Part shown: piece after piece, positions 33,424 through 43,900 of the stretch
Layout: each line of letters opens with the position of its first letter
How positions within the stretch are numbered: position 1 is the first letter of the stretch
The notes under the pieces: model-generated
Database searches by the model: none
What the model saw: the letters and a program-made list of their open reading frames with translations, nothing else
Told to the model about the DNA's origin: nothing
Source: Polyangiales bacterium
GTDB taxonomy: Bacteria; Myxococcota_A; Polyangia; Polyangiales; JADJQN01
Direction: 5' to 3'
DNA length: 64,000 nt
NCBI GenBank assembly: GCA_964202905.1
Contig: CAXNJO010000003.1
Span: 608,001-672,000 of the forward strand
Program-made: the position numbers and the translations under genes

Positions 33424-35430
33424 TCAGAGCGAGAGATACGTCTGATCCTTCAAGCCGCGCTCGTAGTCGGCGAGCAGGCGCATGCCCTCGGTGGGCTTGA
33501 GGCGGTCCTGCTTGATCGCCTGATCGACCTGCGCCTTCACCCGCGCCGCGAGGTCGCGCGCGTCGTACTGCGTCATCTGGAGCACGTCACCGACGGTGTT
33601 CCCCGCGATCGTCTCTTCGATGTAATAGCCACACTCCTCGTCGTCATCGAGGAAGACGTGAACTTCGTTCACGCGGCCGAAGAGGTTGTGCAGGTCGCCC
33701 ATGATGTCCTGATAGGCGCCCGTCAGGAAGATGCCGAGATAATAGGGCTGCCCCTCGACGACCTGGTGCAGCTGCAGGGTGTCGCGTGTGTCGTTGAGAT
33801 CGATGAACTTCGACACCTTGCCGTCCGAGTCGCAGGTGATGTCCACGAGCGTCGAGGCCTGCGTGGGGCGCTCGTTCAGGCGGTGAATCGGCACGATCGG
33901 GAACATCGCGCCGAGCGCCCAGTGATCGAGCAGCGACTGGAAGACGGAGAAGTTGCAGATGTATTGATCGGCGAGCTGCTTCTTCAGATCGTCGAAGCCA
34001 TCGGGCACCTCGGAGGGCTCGAGCCGGCTCGCCATGTCGAAGATGCGCTCGGCGATCTCCCAGAAGAGCTCTTCGACGCGCGCCTTCACCGGCAGCTCGA
34101 GAATCCCGAACTCGAAAGAGGTCTGCGACTGCTCCTTCGCCTCGAGGATGTCGTGCCAGCTCTCGCCGAGGTTGGTCGGCGAGAGATGCTCGAGCGTGTA
34201 GGTCATCGACTTGACGAGCTTGTGATCGTCGGCGCCGAGCTCGTACTTCGTGTCGGGCGTCTTCTCGATGGCGCCGAAGGCCTCGACGACGAGCACGCTG
34301 TGGTGCGCGACGATCGCGCGGCCGGACTCGCTGAGGATGTGCGGGTGCGGGATGCGCTCTTCATCGCAGACGTCGGCGATGTTGTGCACGACGTCGCGCG
34401 CGTACTCCTCGACGCTGTAGTTCATCGAGGAGTGGTAGGTGCTGCGCGAGCCGTCGTAGTCGATCGCGAGGCCGCCGCCGACGTCGAGGTACTCGACCGG
34501 GTAGCCTGCGCGGCGGAGCTTTGCGTAGTGGCGCGCGGCCTCGCGCACGGCGCGCTTGAGGATGAGGATGTCGGGGACCTGAGAGCCGATGTGGAAGTGG
34601 ATGAGCTTGAAGGAGGCGAGCATGCCCGCCTCCTTCATGATCTCGGCGGCCTGCAGGATCTCCGTCGTCGAGAGGCCGAACTTCGCGCTCTCGCCGCCGG
34701 ACTCGGCCCACTTGCCCGCGCCGCGCGTCATGAGGCGAACGCGGAGGCCGATCATCGGCTCGACGTTCATCTCCTTGCCGAGGCGGCAGATCGCGCGGAC
34801 CTCGCTGAGCTTCTCCGCGATGAGCACGACCTTCTTGCCGAGCTTGCGGCCGAGGAGCGCGGTGCGGATGTACGCGTCGTCCTTGTAGCCGTTGCAGACG
34901 ATCAACGACTCGTTGTCGGTGTGCACGGCGAGCGCCGCGAAGATCTCGGGCTTGCTGCCAACCTCGACGCCGTAATGGAACTTGAGGCCCGCATCGAGGA
35001 TCTCCTCGACGACCTCGCGCAGCTGGTTGACCTTGATTGGGAAGACGCCGCGGTACGTGCCGCGGTAGCGCTCCTCCGCGATCGCTGCGTTGAACGCGTC
35101 GTTCAGCGTGCGCACGCGATGATGGAGGATGTCCTGGAAGCGCAGGAGCATCGGGGTGCGGAGACCCTCTTCCTTGATGGCGGCCTGCACGACGTCGTAG
35201 ATCGAGATCTTGCGGCCGCGCTCCTTGAGCGGTGCCACCTGCATCGCGCCGTCCGCGCCGGCCAAGAAGTAGCCGGAGCCCCAGCGGTCGATCAGGTAGA
35301 GCTCGTTCGCGTCGTCGATCGTCCACGGCTCGACGGGCGCAGCGGACGCAGAGGTGGGAGCGGAGGTGGCGTCGGGAGACACGGCTCCGGCGGCGGCTTG
35401 ATTCGGCACGATCTGGCTCGGTGCTTCCAC
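33424..35430 (-). CDS. speA: Biosynthetic arginine decarboxylase
   Basis: FPIKVNQ, EVGSKPE, HFHIGSQ, DVGGGL, SESGRA, DITCDSDG, GAYQDIMGDLHNLFG. Confidence 0.97.
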   Translation of the reverse strand: MEAPSQIVPNQAAAGAVSPDATSAPTSASAAPVEPWTIDDANELYLIDRWGSGYFLAGADGAMQVAPLKERGRKISIYDVVQAAIKEEGLRTPMLLRFQDILHHRVRTLNDAFNAAIAEERYRGTYRGVFPIKVNQLREVVEEILDAGLKFHYGVEVGSKPEIFAALAVHTDNESLIVCNGYKDDAYIRTALLGRKLGKKVVLIAEKLSEVRAICRLGKEMNVEPMIGLRVRLMTRGAGKWAESGGESAKFGLSTTEILQAAEIMKEAGMLASFKLIHFHIGSQVPDILILKRAVREAARHYAKLRRAGYPVEYLDVGGGLAIDYDGSRSTYHSSMNYSVEEYARDVVHNIADVCDEERIPHPHILSESGRAIVAHHSVLVVEAFGAIEKTPDTKYELGADDHKLVKSMTYTLEHLSPTNLGESWHDILEAKEQSQTSFEFGILELPVKARVEELFWEIAERIFDMASRLEPSEVPDGFDDLKKQLADQYICNFSVFQSLLDHWALGAMFPIVPIHRLNERPTQASTLVDITCDSDGKVSKFIDLNDTRDTLQLHQVVEGQPYYLGIFLTGAYQDIMGDLHNLFGRVNEVHVFLDDDEECGYYIEETIAGNTVGDVLQMTQYDARDLAARVKAQVDQAIKQDRLKPTEGMRLLADYERGLKDQTYLSL

Positions 35431-35538
35431 GACGGTCTCCGGGACGCTGCGCGTACGTGCGCGGGTCGGCGCGATTATGCGGGAAGCGCCGCGGCGTTCA
35501 ACGGCGATCCACGCCCGAGAAACGCGCGGGGCAAAGTG

Positions 35539-37143
35539 TCACGAGCTGCACGAGAGCATCGAGCAACCCACGCGGTGCCGCGCCCACTCGGGGCGCTTCG
35601 CGGCGAAGCGCTCGCAGCCGGGCTGGTCGTCGTAGGGGCGGCGCAGCACCTCGAGCAGCGCGTGCAATTCCGTCGCATCGCCGCGCTCGGCGCCGTCGAT
35701 CGCGCCCTGCGCGAGCCAGTTCCGCAGCACGTAGCGGGGGTTCACGGCGTTCATGCGCGCGCGGCGCACGGCGTCCGGCGTGCCGTCGCGCGCGACCCGC
35801 GCGGCATACGTGCGGAGCCAGCCGGCGAGCCGTGCGCGGTACGCCTCATCGAGCTCGGCGGGCGCGTACCAGGCCTCGGCGAGCGGCGCGCAGAGGGCGG
35901 CATCGTCGAGCGCCGCCGCCTGCGTGACCGGCACGTCCGCGAGCCCGCGGAAGAAGATCGTCATGTCCGTCTCGGTCGCGCCGAGGAGCGCGAAGAGCGA
36001 CTCGACGAGCGCGACGTCGCCGCTCGCCGGATCCGTGTCGAACGCCGCGAGGCCGAGCTTCGACGCCAGCATCGCGGGCTCTTGCTGCGCGAGCGTGTCG
36101 CGGAACGCGCCGAGCGCGCGCTCGACCGGGGCCGTGTCCGCGAAGAGCGGTATGAGCGCCTGCGCGAGCTGCACGAGGTTCCACCACGCGATCTGCGGCT
36201 GATGCCCGTAGCGGTAGCGACGGCCCGAGGCGTCGGTGGTGTTCGGCGTCCAGTCGGGGTCGTAGCCCTCGAGCCAGCCGTAGGGGCCGTAATCGATCGT
36301 GAGCCCGAGGATCGACATGTTGTCGGTGTTCATCACGCCGTGGACGAAGCCCACGCGCATCCAATGAACCACGAGGTGCGCGGTGCGCCGCGCGATCTCG
36401 GCGAGCCACGCCTCGCGCACCTCCGCATCGATGCCCTTCGGGCCGATCAGCGCCGGGAAATGCTGGCGAATCGTGTAATCGACGAAGACCCCGAGCAGCG
36501 CGTGATCGCGCCGCGACGCGGGCAGCTGGAAGTGCCCGAAGCGCAGGAAGCTCGGCGCGACGCGGCACACGATCGCGCCCGGCTCGGGCCGCGCGTCGCC
36601 GCTGTAGAGCACGTCGCGCACGACCGCGTCGCCCGTCGCGACGAGCGAGAGCGCGCGCGTGGTGGGCACGCCGAGGTGCGCCATCGCCTCGCTGCACAGG
36701 AACTCGCGCACCGAGCTGCGCATCACCGCGCGGCCATCCGCGCCGCGCGAGTAGGGCGTGGGCCCTGCGCCCTTCAGTTGCAACTCGTATGCGACACCAT
36801 CGGGCGCGACGAGCTCGCCGAGCGTGATCGCGCGGCCGTCGCCGAGCTGGCCCGCCCAGTTGCCGAACTGGTGTCCGCCGTAAGCCGTCGCGTACGGCAC
36901 CATCCCGGGCAGCAAACCGTTGCCGGACAGCGCGGCCACCCACTCGGGGCGGCCGAGCGACGCGGGGTCGAGGCCGAGCATCGCGGCGACCTCCGGGCTC
37001 GCGGCGAGCAGGGTCGGGGCCGAGACGGGCGTCGGGGTCACGCGCGTGTAGGCGGCGCCGAGCACCTGACGCCGGCGATTCGAGGTGTCGGGATCCGCGG
37101 GGAGGGAATCGACGAGGGTCTGGGCGAAGCGCGGTGACGTCAT
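35539..37143 (-). CDS. selO: Protein adenylyltransferase SelO/YdiU
   Basis: [39 protein letters not shown]-terminal CSMLSCSS. Confidence 0.95.
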   Translation of the reverse strand: MTSPRFAQTLVDSLPADPDTSNRRRQVLGAAYTRVTPTPVSAPTLLAASPEVAAMLGLDPASLGRPEWVAALSGNGLLPGMVPYATAYGGHQFGNWAGQLGDGRAITLGELVAPDGVAYELQLKGAGPTPYSRGADGRAVMRSSVREFLCSEAMAHLGVPTTRALSLVATGDAVVRDVLYSGDARPEPGAIVCRVAPSFLRFGHFQLPASRRDHALLGVFVDYTIRQHFPALIGPKGIDAEVREAWLAEIARRTAHLVVHWMRVGFVHGVMNTDNMSILGLTIDYGPYGWLEGYDPDWTPNTTDASGRRYRYGHQPQIAWWNLVQLAQALIPLFADTAPVERALGAFRDTLAQQEPAMLASKLGLAAFDTDPASGDVALVESLFALLGATETDMTIFFRGLADVPVTQAAALDDAALCAPLAEAWYAPAELDEAYRARLAGWLRTYAARVARDGTPDAVRRARMNAVNPRYVLRNWLAQGAIDGAERGDATELHALLEVLRRPYDDQPGCERFAAKRPEWARHRVGCSMLSCSS

Positions 37144-37269
37144 GGCCCGCGGGACATGGGGCGCGACCCGCGCGCCGTCGAGCGGGGCGCGCGCGGAGCC
37201 GGCGGCACGCGAGGCAGCGGCGGCGCGGGTGATCGGTGGCATCCTCCGCAGCGAGGAGCACGAGCGAGC

Positions 37270-38719
37270 GTGACCGAACACTTCGACGTCCTGATCATCG
37301 GCGCGGGCCTCTCCGGCATCGGCGCGGCCGTCCACCTGAAGCGCGGAGTCCCCCACAAAACGCTTGGCGATCCTCGAGGCGCGCGAGGCGATCGGGGGCA
37401 CGTGGGACCTCTTCCGCTACCCGGGCATCCGCTCGGACTCCGACATGTTCACGCTCGGCTACGCGTTCAAACCGTGGGAGGAACAGAAGGCGATCGCCGA
37501 TGGCGCGTCGATCCTCACGTACATCCGCGACACGGCGCGCGAGCACGGCATCGAGCGGCACATCCGTTTCGGGCACCGCGTGAAGAGCGCCTCGTGGTCG
37601 AGCGCCGACGCCCGCTGGACGGTCGAGATCGAGCGCACGGGTACGGGCGAGACACAGCAACTCACTTGCGGTTTCCTCTACGGCTGCACCGGCTACTACG
37701 ACTACGACGCCGGTTATACGCCCGATTTCCCGGGCATTTCCCGCTATCGCGGCCGGCTCGTGCACCCGCAGAAGTGGACGCCCGACGTCGACTACACCGA
37801 CAAGCGCGTCGTCGTGATCGGCAGCGGCGCGACGGCCGTGACGCTCGTCCCCGAGCTCGCCAAGAAGGCCGCGCACGTGACGATGTTGCAGCGCTCGCCG
37901 ACCTACATCCTCTCGCGCCCGGCCGAGGATCCCATCGCGAACGCGCTCCGCAAGCGGCTCCCCGCGCAGGTCGCGTATGGGATCACGCGCTGGAAGAACG
38001 TCGCGATGTCGGCGTTCCTCTACGAGTTCGCGCAGCGCCGGCCGGCGCGGGCGAAGGGCTGGCTGCTCGAGCAGGTGCAGAAGGCGCTCGGCCCCGACTA
38101 CGACATCAGCCGTCACTTCACGCCGCGCTACGACCCGTGGGATCAGCGCCTCTGTCTCGTGCCCGATGCGGACCTCTTCGAGGCGCTGCGCACGGGCGCG
38201 GCGTCGGTCGTCACCGACACCATCGACACCTTCACGGAAGAGGGTATCCGCCTCACGTCGGGCGAGGAATTGAAGGCGGATCTGGTCGTCACCGCGACGG
38301 GCCTCGTGCTCAAGTTCGCGGGCGGCATGACGCTGAACGTCGATGGCCGCGCGATCGCCTCGCAGGACCTCATCAACTACAAGGGCGCGATGTTCGCGGA
38401 TGTGCCGAACTTCGCGAGCGCCTTCGGCTACACGAACGCCTCGTGGACGCTCAAGGCCGACCTCACGAGCGCGTACGTGGTGCGCCTGCTCCGCCGCATG
38501 GACGAGGTCGGCGCGCGCAAGTGCACGCCGCGCCTGAACGACCCCGAGGTGCAGCCGAGCGAGTTCATCGGCCTCGCCTCGGGCTACATCGAACGCGCGC
38601 GCTCGTTTCTGCCGAAGCAGGGCTCGAAGCGCCCTTGGCGGCTCTACCAGAGCTACCCGCTCGACATCTTCCTGCTGCGCCTGAGCAAGCTGGAGGACGG
38701 CTCGCTCGAACTGGTCTGA
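37270..38719 (+). CDS. FAD-dependent Baeyer-Villiger monooxygenase (EthA-like); frameshift near 37345-37364
   Basis: IIGAGLSG in the first frame; [34 protein letters not shown] in the second. Confidence 0.9.
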
Positions 38720-38825
38720 CGAGCCGGTCTGAGCGCGGCGCGATTGCCCACGTTCGCGCACGGACTGTTCGCAGACACACAGCGCGCGCTCGCACCGCGG
38801 CACGCCGCGCAGTAGCGTCGCGGCC

Positions 38826-40064
38826 ATGCACGTCGACTTTCATTTCGATTACTCCTGCCCCTACGCGTATCTCGCCGCGACGCGCATCGAAGCCATCGCG
38901 AAGGAGGCGGACGCGACCCTCGCGTGGAAGCCGATGCTGCTCGGCGGCGTCTTCGCGGCCGTCGGCACGCCGCAGCGCCTCTTCGCGACGCACTCCCCCG
39001 CGAAGGCACGGCACGGCGCCGACGATCTACGCCGCTGGGCGGAGCGCTTCGAGGTGCCGCTGCGCATGCCCTCGGAGCACCCGTTCCGCACCGTCGAGGC
39101 GCTGCGGGCGACGCTGCTCGCGGGCTGTGATCCGCGCGTGATCCACGGCTTTTTCCGCGCGTACTGGGTCGACAACGCGGCGATCTCCTCGGAGCTGGTG
39201 CTGCGCCGCGTGCTCACCGACGCGGGCCACGACGCCGACGCGATCCTCGCGCGGCTCGGCGACGCTGACGTGAAGCAGGATCTGCGCGACCGCACCGACG
39301 CCGCGATCGCGCTCGGCATCTTTGGCGCGCCCGCGATGATCGTCGACGGGGAGCTCGAGTGGGGGCAGGACCGCCTCGACGTCGTCGCACGGCGGCTCTC
39401 GGGTGCCCCGCTCACGCCGGGCTGGGGCGTGCGCGACGCGACACCCAGCACCATCACGAAAGAGGGTGACGAACGGCGCACGCTCGAGGTGTGGTTCGAT
39501 TTCTCTTCGCCGTGGGCGTACCTCGGCACGACCCAGATCGACGCGCTCGCGGCGCGCACCGGCGCGCGCGTGGTCTGGCGCCCGCTGCTGCTCGGCGGGC
39601 TCTTCAAGTCGCTCGGCCAGAGCGACGCGCCGCTGCTGGCGATGAGCCCCGTCAAGCAGCGCTGGATGCACACGGAGCTCGCGCGCTGGGCGACGCGCTG
39701 GGGCGTGCCGTACCGCTTCCCGTCGCGCTTCCCCCTGCGCACGGTCGAGCTGCTCCGCGTGTGGTTCGCGCTGCCCGAGGCGCGCCGCCGCGACTTCGTC
39801 GCGCGCGCGATGACGGCCGTGTGGGGCGACGACGCCGACATCGCCGACCCGGCCGTGCTCGCCGCGCTGATCGGTGACGATCACGCGGCGATCCGCGCGC
39901 GCGCCGCGAGCGACGAGGTGAAGGCGCAGCTGCGCGAGGCGACGGAGGCCGCGCAGGCCGCGGGCGTGTTCGGCGTGCCGACCTTCGTCGTCGACGGCGA
40001 CGAACTCTTCTGGGGGCAGGACCGCCTGGATCGGGTCGAGGACGCGCTGCTGCGCCGACGCTGA
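38826..40064 (+). CDS. Tandem-duplicated 2-hydroxychromene-2-carboxylate isomerase / DsbA (GST-kappa-like) protein
   Basis: Two domains: FDYSCPYAY..GIFGAP..WGQDRL and FDFSSPWAY..GVFGVP..WGQDRL. Confidence 0.88.
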   Translation: MHVDFHFDYSCPYAYLAATRIEAIAKEADATLAWKPMLLGGVFAAVGTPQRLFATHSPAKARHGADDLRRWAERFEVPLRMPSEHPFRTVEALRATLLAGCDPRVIHGFFRAYWVDNAAISSELVLRRVLTDAGHDADAILARLGDADVKQDLRDRTDAAIALGIFGAPAMIVDGELEWGQDRLDVVARRLSGAPLTPGWGVRDATPSTITKEGDERRTLEVWFDFSSPWAYLGTTQIDALAARTGARVVWRPLLLGGLFKSLGQSDAPLLAMSPVKQRWMHTELARWATRWGVPYRFPSRFPLRTVELLRVWFALPEARRRDFVARAMTAVWGDDADIADPAVLAALIGDDHAAIRARAASDEVKAQLREATEAAQAAGVFGVPTFVVDGDELFWGQDRLDRVEDALLRRR

Positions 40065-40075
40065 TTCGCAGGCGC

Positions 40076-40107
40076 GTTACAACTGCAACACGGGATACAG
40101 TTGCAAC
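40076..40107. promoter_or_regulatory. Paired palindromes GTTACA-AC-TGCAAC / GATACA-GT-TGCAAC
   Basis: Two 14-bp sites 18 bp apart in the 58-bp gap between convergent stops. Confidence 0.5.
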
Positions 40108-40122
40108 GGATTTACGATGATC

Positions 40123-40986
40123 TCAGCGCAGCGACGCGTTCGCAAAGCGCGCGGCGAAGGCGCGATGCGGCGCGAGCTTCGCGTCCGTGTGCTTGCCGCC
40201 GTGCAGCTGCGAGGGCCGGTACCCGCTCGCGATGCGCTCGACGATCGCCGCGCGGCCCTCGACGCGGAAGCGCACGCGCCAATCGTGCACGCTGAGCAGG
40301 CGGGCGCCATCCGGGAGCTCGCGGATGCGTCGGTAGGCGTGCGGGCGCGGGCCGAGCGCGAGCTGCTTGTCGACGCTCGGCGCGAGCACGACGCCTTGTT
40401 CCTCGGCGAGCCACACGGCCTGGGAGGCGGCGAGCGGCTCCCAGCGCACCTCCCACGCCGGGTCCGGATCGACGCCGATCCAGCCCGTCGTCGCGCCCTG
40501 CACGACATCCGCGAAGGGCACGTAGGGCTTCACGTCGAGCACGGGCGTCCCGTCGACGACGTCGACACCGCGCACGTGCAGCACGCGCCCCTCGACGCGC
40601 TCGAGCAGGAGCGGCGAGAGGCCGATCGGGTTCGGCCGATGCGGCGAGCGCGTGGCAAAAACCCCGCGTTTCTCGTCGGAGCGCGGCGGCAGCACCTTGG
40701 GCCGCCAGCCGTCGTTGAGGTGGAACCAATAGAGCACCCAGACGTGCGACCAGCGCTCGAGGTCCGCGACGGCGTCCTCGAAACCGCGCCCCGCGAAGAG
40801 CTCGATCGTGCCAGGCGCGTCGCCCGCGACGTAGGGCTGACGCGGCGCGCTCACCCGGTCGCCGAACGGCGAGCGCAGCACGCCGATCGGGCGCACCACG
40901 AAGGACGCGTCCTCGGGCGACGCGGGGGTCGCGAGGGCGCGCGCCTCCCCGCGGGGAGAAGGCGCGCGCTCGTCGTCGTCACTCAC
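40123..40986 (-). CDS. tsaA: tRNA (t6A37) N6-methyltransferase TsaA/TrmO
   Basis: PIGV..SPF..APRQP, GVFATRSPHRPNPIGLS, DGTPVLDVKPY; overlaps the kinase stop. Confidence 0.92.
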   Translation of the reverse strand: MSDDDERAPSPRGEARALATPASPEDASFVVRPIGVLRSPFGDRVSAPRQPYVAGDAPGTIELFAGRGFEDAVADLERWSHVWVLYWFHLNDGWRPKVLPPRSDEKRGVFATRSPHRPNPIGLSPLLLERVEGRVLHVRGVDVVDGTPVLDVKPYVPFADVVQGATTGWIGVDPDPAWEVRWEPLAASQAVWLAEEQGVVLAPSVDKQLALGPRPHAYRRIRELPDGARLLSVHDWRVRFRVEGRAAIVERIASGYRPSQLHGGKHTDAKLAPHRAFAARFANASLR

Positions 40987-43900
40987 CGATCTGAATGCCG
41001 AGCTTGTGTCGGAGCGCGAGGTACGACTCGCTCACCGCGTAGAGGTGCAGCTCCTTCACGCGGTCCTTCTGCGAGACGGCGGCGCTGTCCTCGGGGCTCG
41101 CCTGGATCACCGCGAGCGAGAGCTCGAGGTCGTTCGCGAGCACGAAGCCGACGCGATCCGCGGTGAGGTCGACGGCCGCGACCCAGCGCTTGAGGTTCAG
41201 CTCGGGCGCCGCCGCGAGGAGCTTCACGACGAGGCTCTTCAGGTGCTCCTGCTGCGGGGGCGTGAGGTGCTGCTTAAAGGCCGCGAGGTGCTCGGCGACC
41301 TGCGGCGCGAGATCGGGCGGGATCGGGAACTGCGGCGTCGCCGTCTTGATCGCGGCGAGCAGCCACGCGCGCAGGCCGCCGCCCGTGGGCACGAGGTGCC
41401 GCAGGTAGTGGCCGCCGCGGAAGAAGCTGAGGTGCCGCCCCGCGACGAACGCGAGCGCCTGCTGCGGTCCGCCTGCGAGCGCGCCCTTGCCGAGGCCGAT
41501 CGAGGGTGGCTGCGCGAAGAGGAACGAGAGGCCGCCGGCGTCCTGCTCGCGGTAGTAGACGTCCGGCAGCGCGACGTCGATGACGCCCGACGCGTAGTGG
41601 AGCATCTGCGCCATCACGGCCGGATCCGTCGCGGGCGCGCGCTTCTTGCCGGCATCGACGCCGAGATTCTGGAGCGGCTGCGAGCGGGACGCGACCGCCG
41701 CGGGCGCGATCGTCGCGAAGATGCCCGTGAGCAGGACGTCCTGATCGCCGTGCAGCAGGTGCTTGAGCCAGGTCTCGTCGTCGAAGCGCTCCTGCGCGAC
41801 GGCCGGCTGGCGCGAGCGGTGCTTCTTGAAGAAGGCCTCCTCGTCGGGCTCCGCCTGCTTGAGCACGCGCAGCGCCTGACAAACGCACCACGACTCATCG
41901 GCCTTCTTGAGGTCGGTGTAGAGCTTGCGGAGCGCCTGGTAGCTCTCGACGCGGTACGGCGACGCCTCGAGCAGGAGCGCGTGCTGACGCACCGCCTTCG
42001 CGGAGAAGCGCTTGGGATCGCCCGCGTAGATCTCGCTGAGGAGCTCGCCGCGGCGGCGGTTCTCCGGGTCGAGTTTCTGCGCCTCTTCGTAGGACTCGAC
42101 GGCCTGCGCCACGCTGTCGAGGCGATCGCGGAGGACGGTCGCGAGCGCGTCGTGGAGCGCCGCTTTCTGCTCGGCGGTCGCGGTCTCTTCCACGCGCCGC
42201 AGCTGCGCGCGGTACGCCTCCGCGAGTCGGCTCCAGGCCTCGGTCGCGGTGAGCGCGGCGACGAGTCCGTCGAACGGCCGCGTCATCGCCGGGTCGTTCT
42301 CGAGGGCCTGCTCGTAGTAGTCCGCGGCCTCCTCGAAGCGCTTGAGCTCGCTCGCCGAGATCGCCGCCGCGGTCGCGTAGTACTTCGCGAGTTGGCGCTT
42401 GTCGGTGACGAGCTCGGCGATGCGGAGGACGACCTCGACGAGGCGGCCCCAGTCCTTCGACTCGCTGTAGAGACCCATCAGCTTGGTGAGCAGGTTGCGG
42501 TCGTCGGCCCGGAGCTCGAGCGCCGCGACGTAGCTCTTCTGCGCCTTCGCCTTGTCGCCCTGCTTCTCGAGCAGGACGTCGCCGACGCGCACGAGGATCG
42601 CGAAGCGCTCGTCGTCGCCCGCGTGCTCCATGCGGCGGCGCAGCGTGCGCACGAGGTCGTCCCACTTCGACTGCGCCTCGTAGACCTTCGCGAGCGACTC
42701 GAGCGGGAGCGCGTCGCCGGGGAGCAGGTCGGCCGCCTCGAGGAGGGTCTTCGTCGCCTCGTCGAGCTCGTCGGAGCGGCGCTGCGCCTCGCCGATGCGG
42801 AAGATGATGCGGCCCTTGTCGCCGCCGCCGAGCTCCGCGGCGAAGCGCTCGAGGATGTCGCGGTAGAGCTCCGCGGCCTCGTCCGCCGCGCCCGACTCGA
42901 ACGTCACCTCCGCGACGCGCTCGAGCACCTCGCGATCGCCGGCCGCGAAGGCCTTGGCGTTGAGATACGCGCGCTGCGCCTTGTCGAAGATCGACTGGTT
43001 CCGGAAGGCGTCGCCGCACATCACGCTGACGTCGCGCGCCGAGCGGGCGTCCATCTCGCTCGTGCGGGCGAGCAGCGGCTCGAGGTGCTTGGTCGCCGCC
43101 GCCCAGCTCTGCTCCGCGAAGGCCATCTCGCCGAGGCCGCGGGCCGCGGGCGTCGAGGTCGCGTCGAGCTCGAGCGACTTGAGGAAGGCGTCGCGCGCGC
43201 GGGACTTGTCCCCGAGGCGGTCGCGCGCCATCTGACCGAGCTCGGCCCAGAGCCGCGCCTTGGCCGTCGGTCCATCCGTCGCGGCGAGCTCGCGCTCGAG
43301 CAGGTCGACCGCGCCGTGTGCGTCACCGCGGTCGGCGTAGATCGCGCGGAGCGCGCCGAACGCCGCCACCGAGCGCGGGTCGGCGTCGAGCGCCGACTTG
43401 TAGCGCGCGATCGCGCGGTCCTTGTCGCCCGAGTCCTCGAGGATGCGGCCCGCGCGGAGCAGCAACTCCGACTTCTTCTGCGGGTCGCGCTCGCTCTCCG
43501 CGAGCTTCTCGACGGAGGCGAGGGCCGCCGTCGCGTCGCCAGTCTGCGCCTGCAGCCGCGCGACGAGTTCGAGCGTCGCGGCGTGCCCCGCGTCGACGGC
43601 GAGGATGCGCTCGCACGTCGCGAGCGCGCGGTCCGGCGCGCCGACATCGACCATCAGGACCTTCACGGCCTGCGCGAGCAGCTCGACCTTGCGCTTGTCG
43701 TCGTCGGTGCTCTTCGCGTGTCGATCGAGCGTCGTGGCGAGGTCGTCGAAGCGGTGCAGCTGCCGGTAGAGCCGCGCGAGGGCCGCGTTCGCGCCGTCGT
43801 GGCCCGGGTCGATCGCGACCACCTCCTCGAAGGTGGCAGCCGCCTTCTCGTGGTCGACGAACTCCTCCTCCTGGATGCCGCCGATGCGCTCGAGCAGGCC

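Noticed and set aside
33952..33965. Single GTTGCA-GA-TGTATT site in speA resembling the paired-palindrome motif
   Set aside because: It is unpaired and largely explained by the encoded QYICN peptide.
35539..35570. Selenocysteine in the SelO C-terminus
   Set aside because: The C-terminus reads CSMLSCSS with ordinary Cys codons before the stop; I see no sign of recoding.
33247..37137. Very long alternative ORFs (e.g. 1296 aa here; also 12323-15583, 41006-43957 and the 5' part of 5528-9319)
   Set aside because: These are antisense or off-frame shadows of real genes, caused by stop-codon scarcity in GC-rich DNA; they are Arg/Ala-rich and lack motifs.
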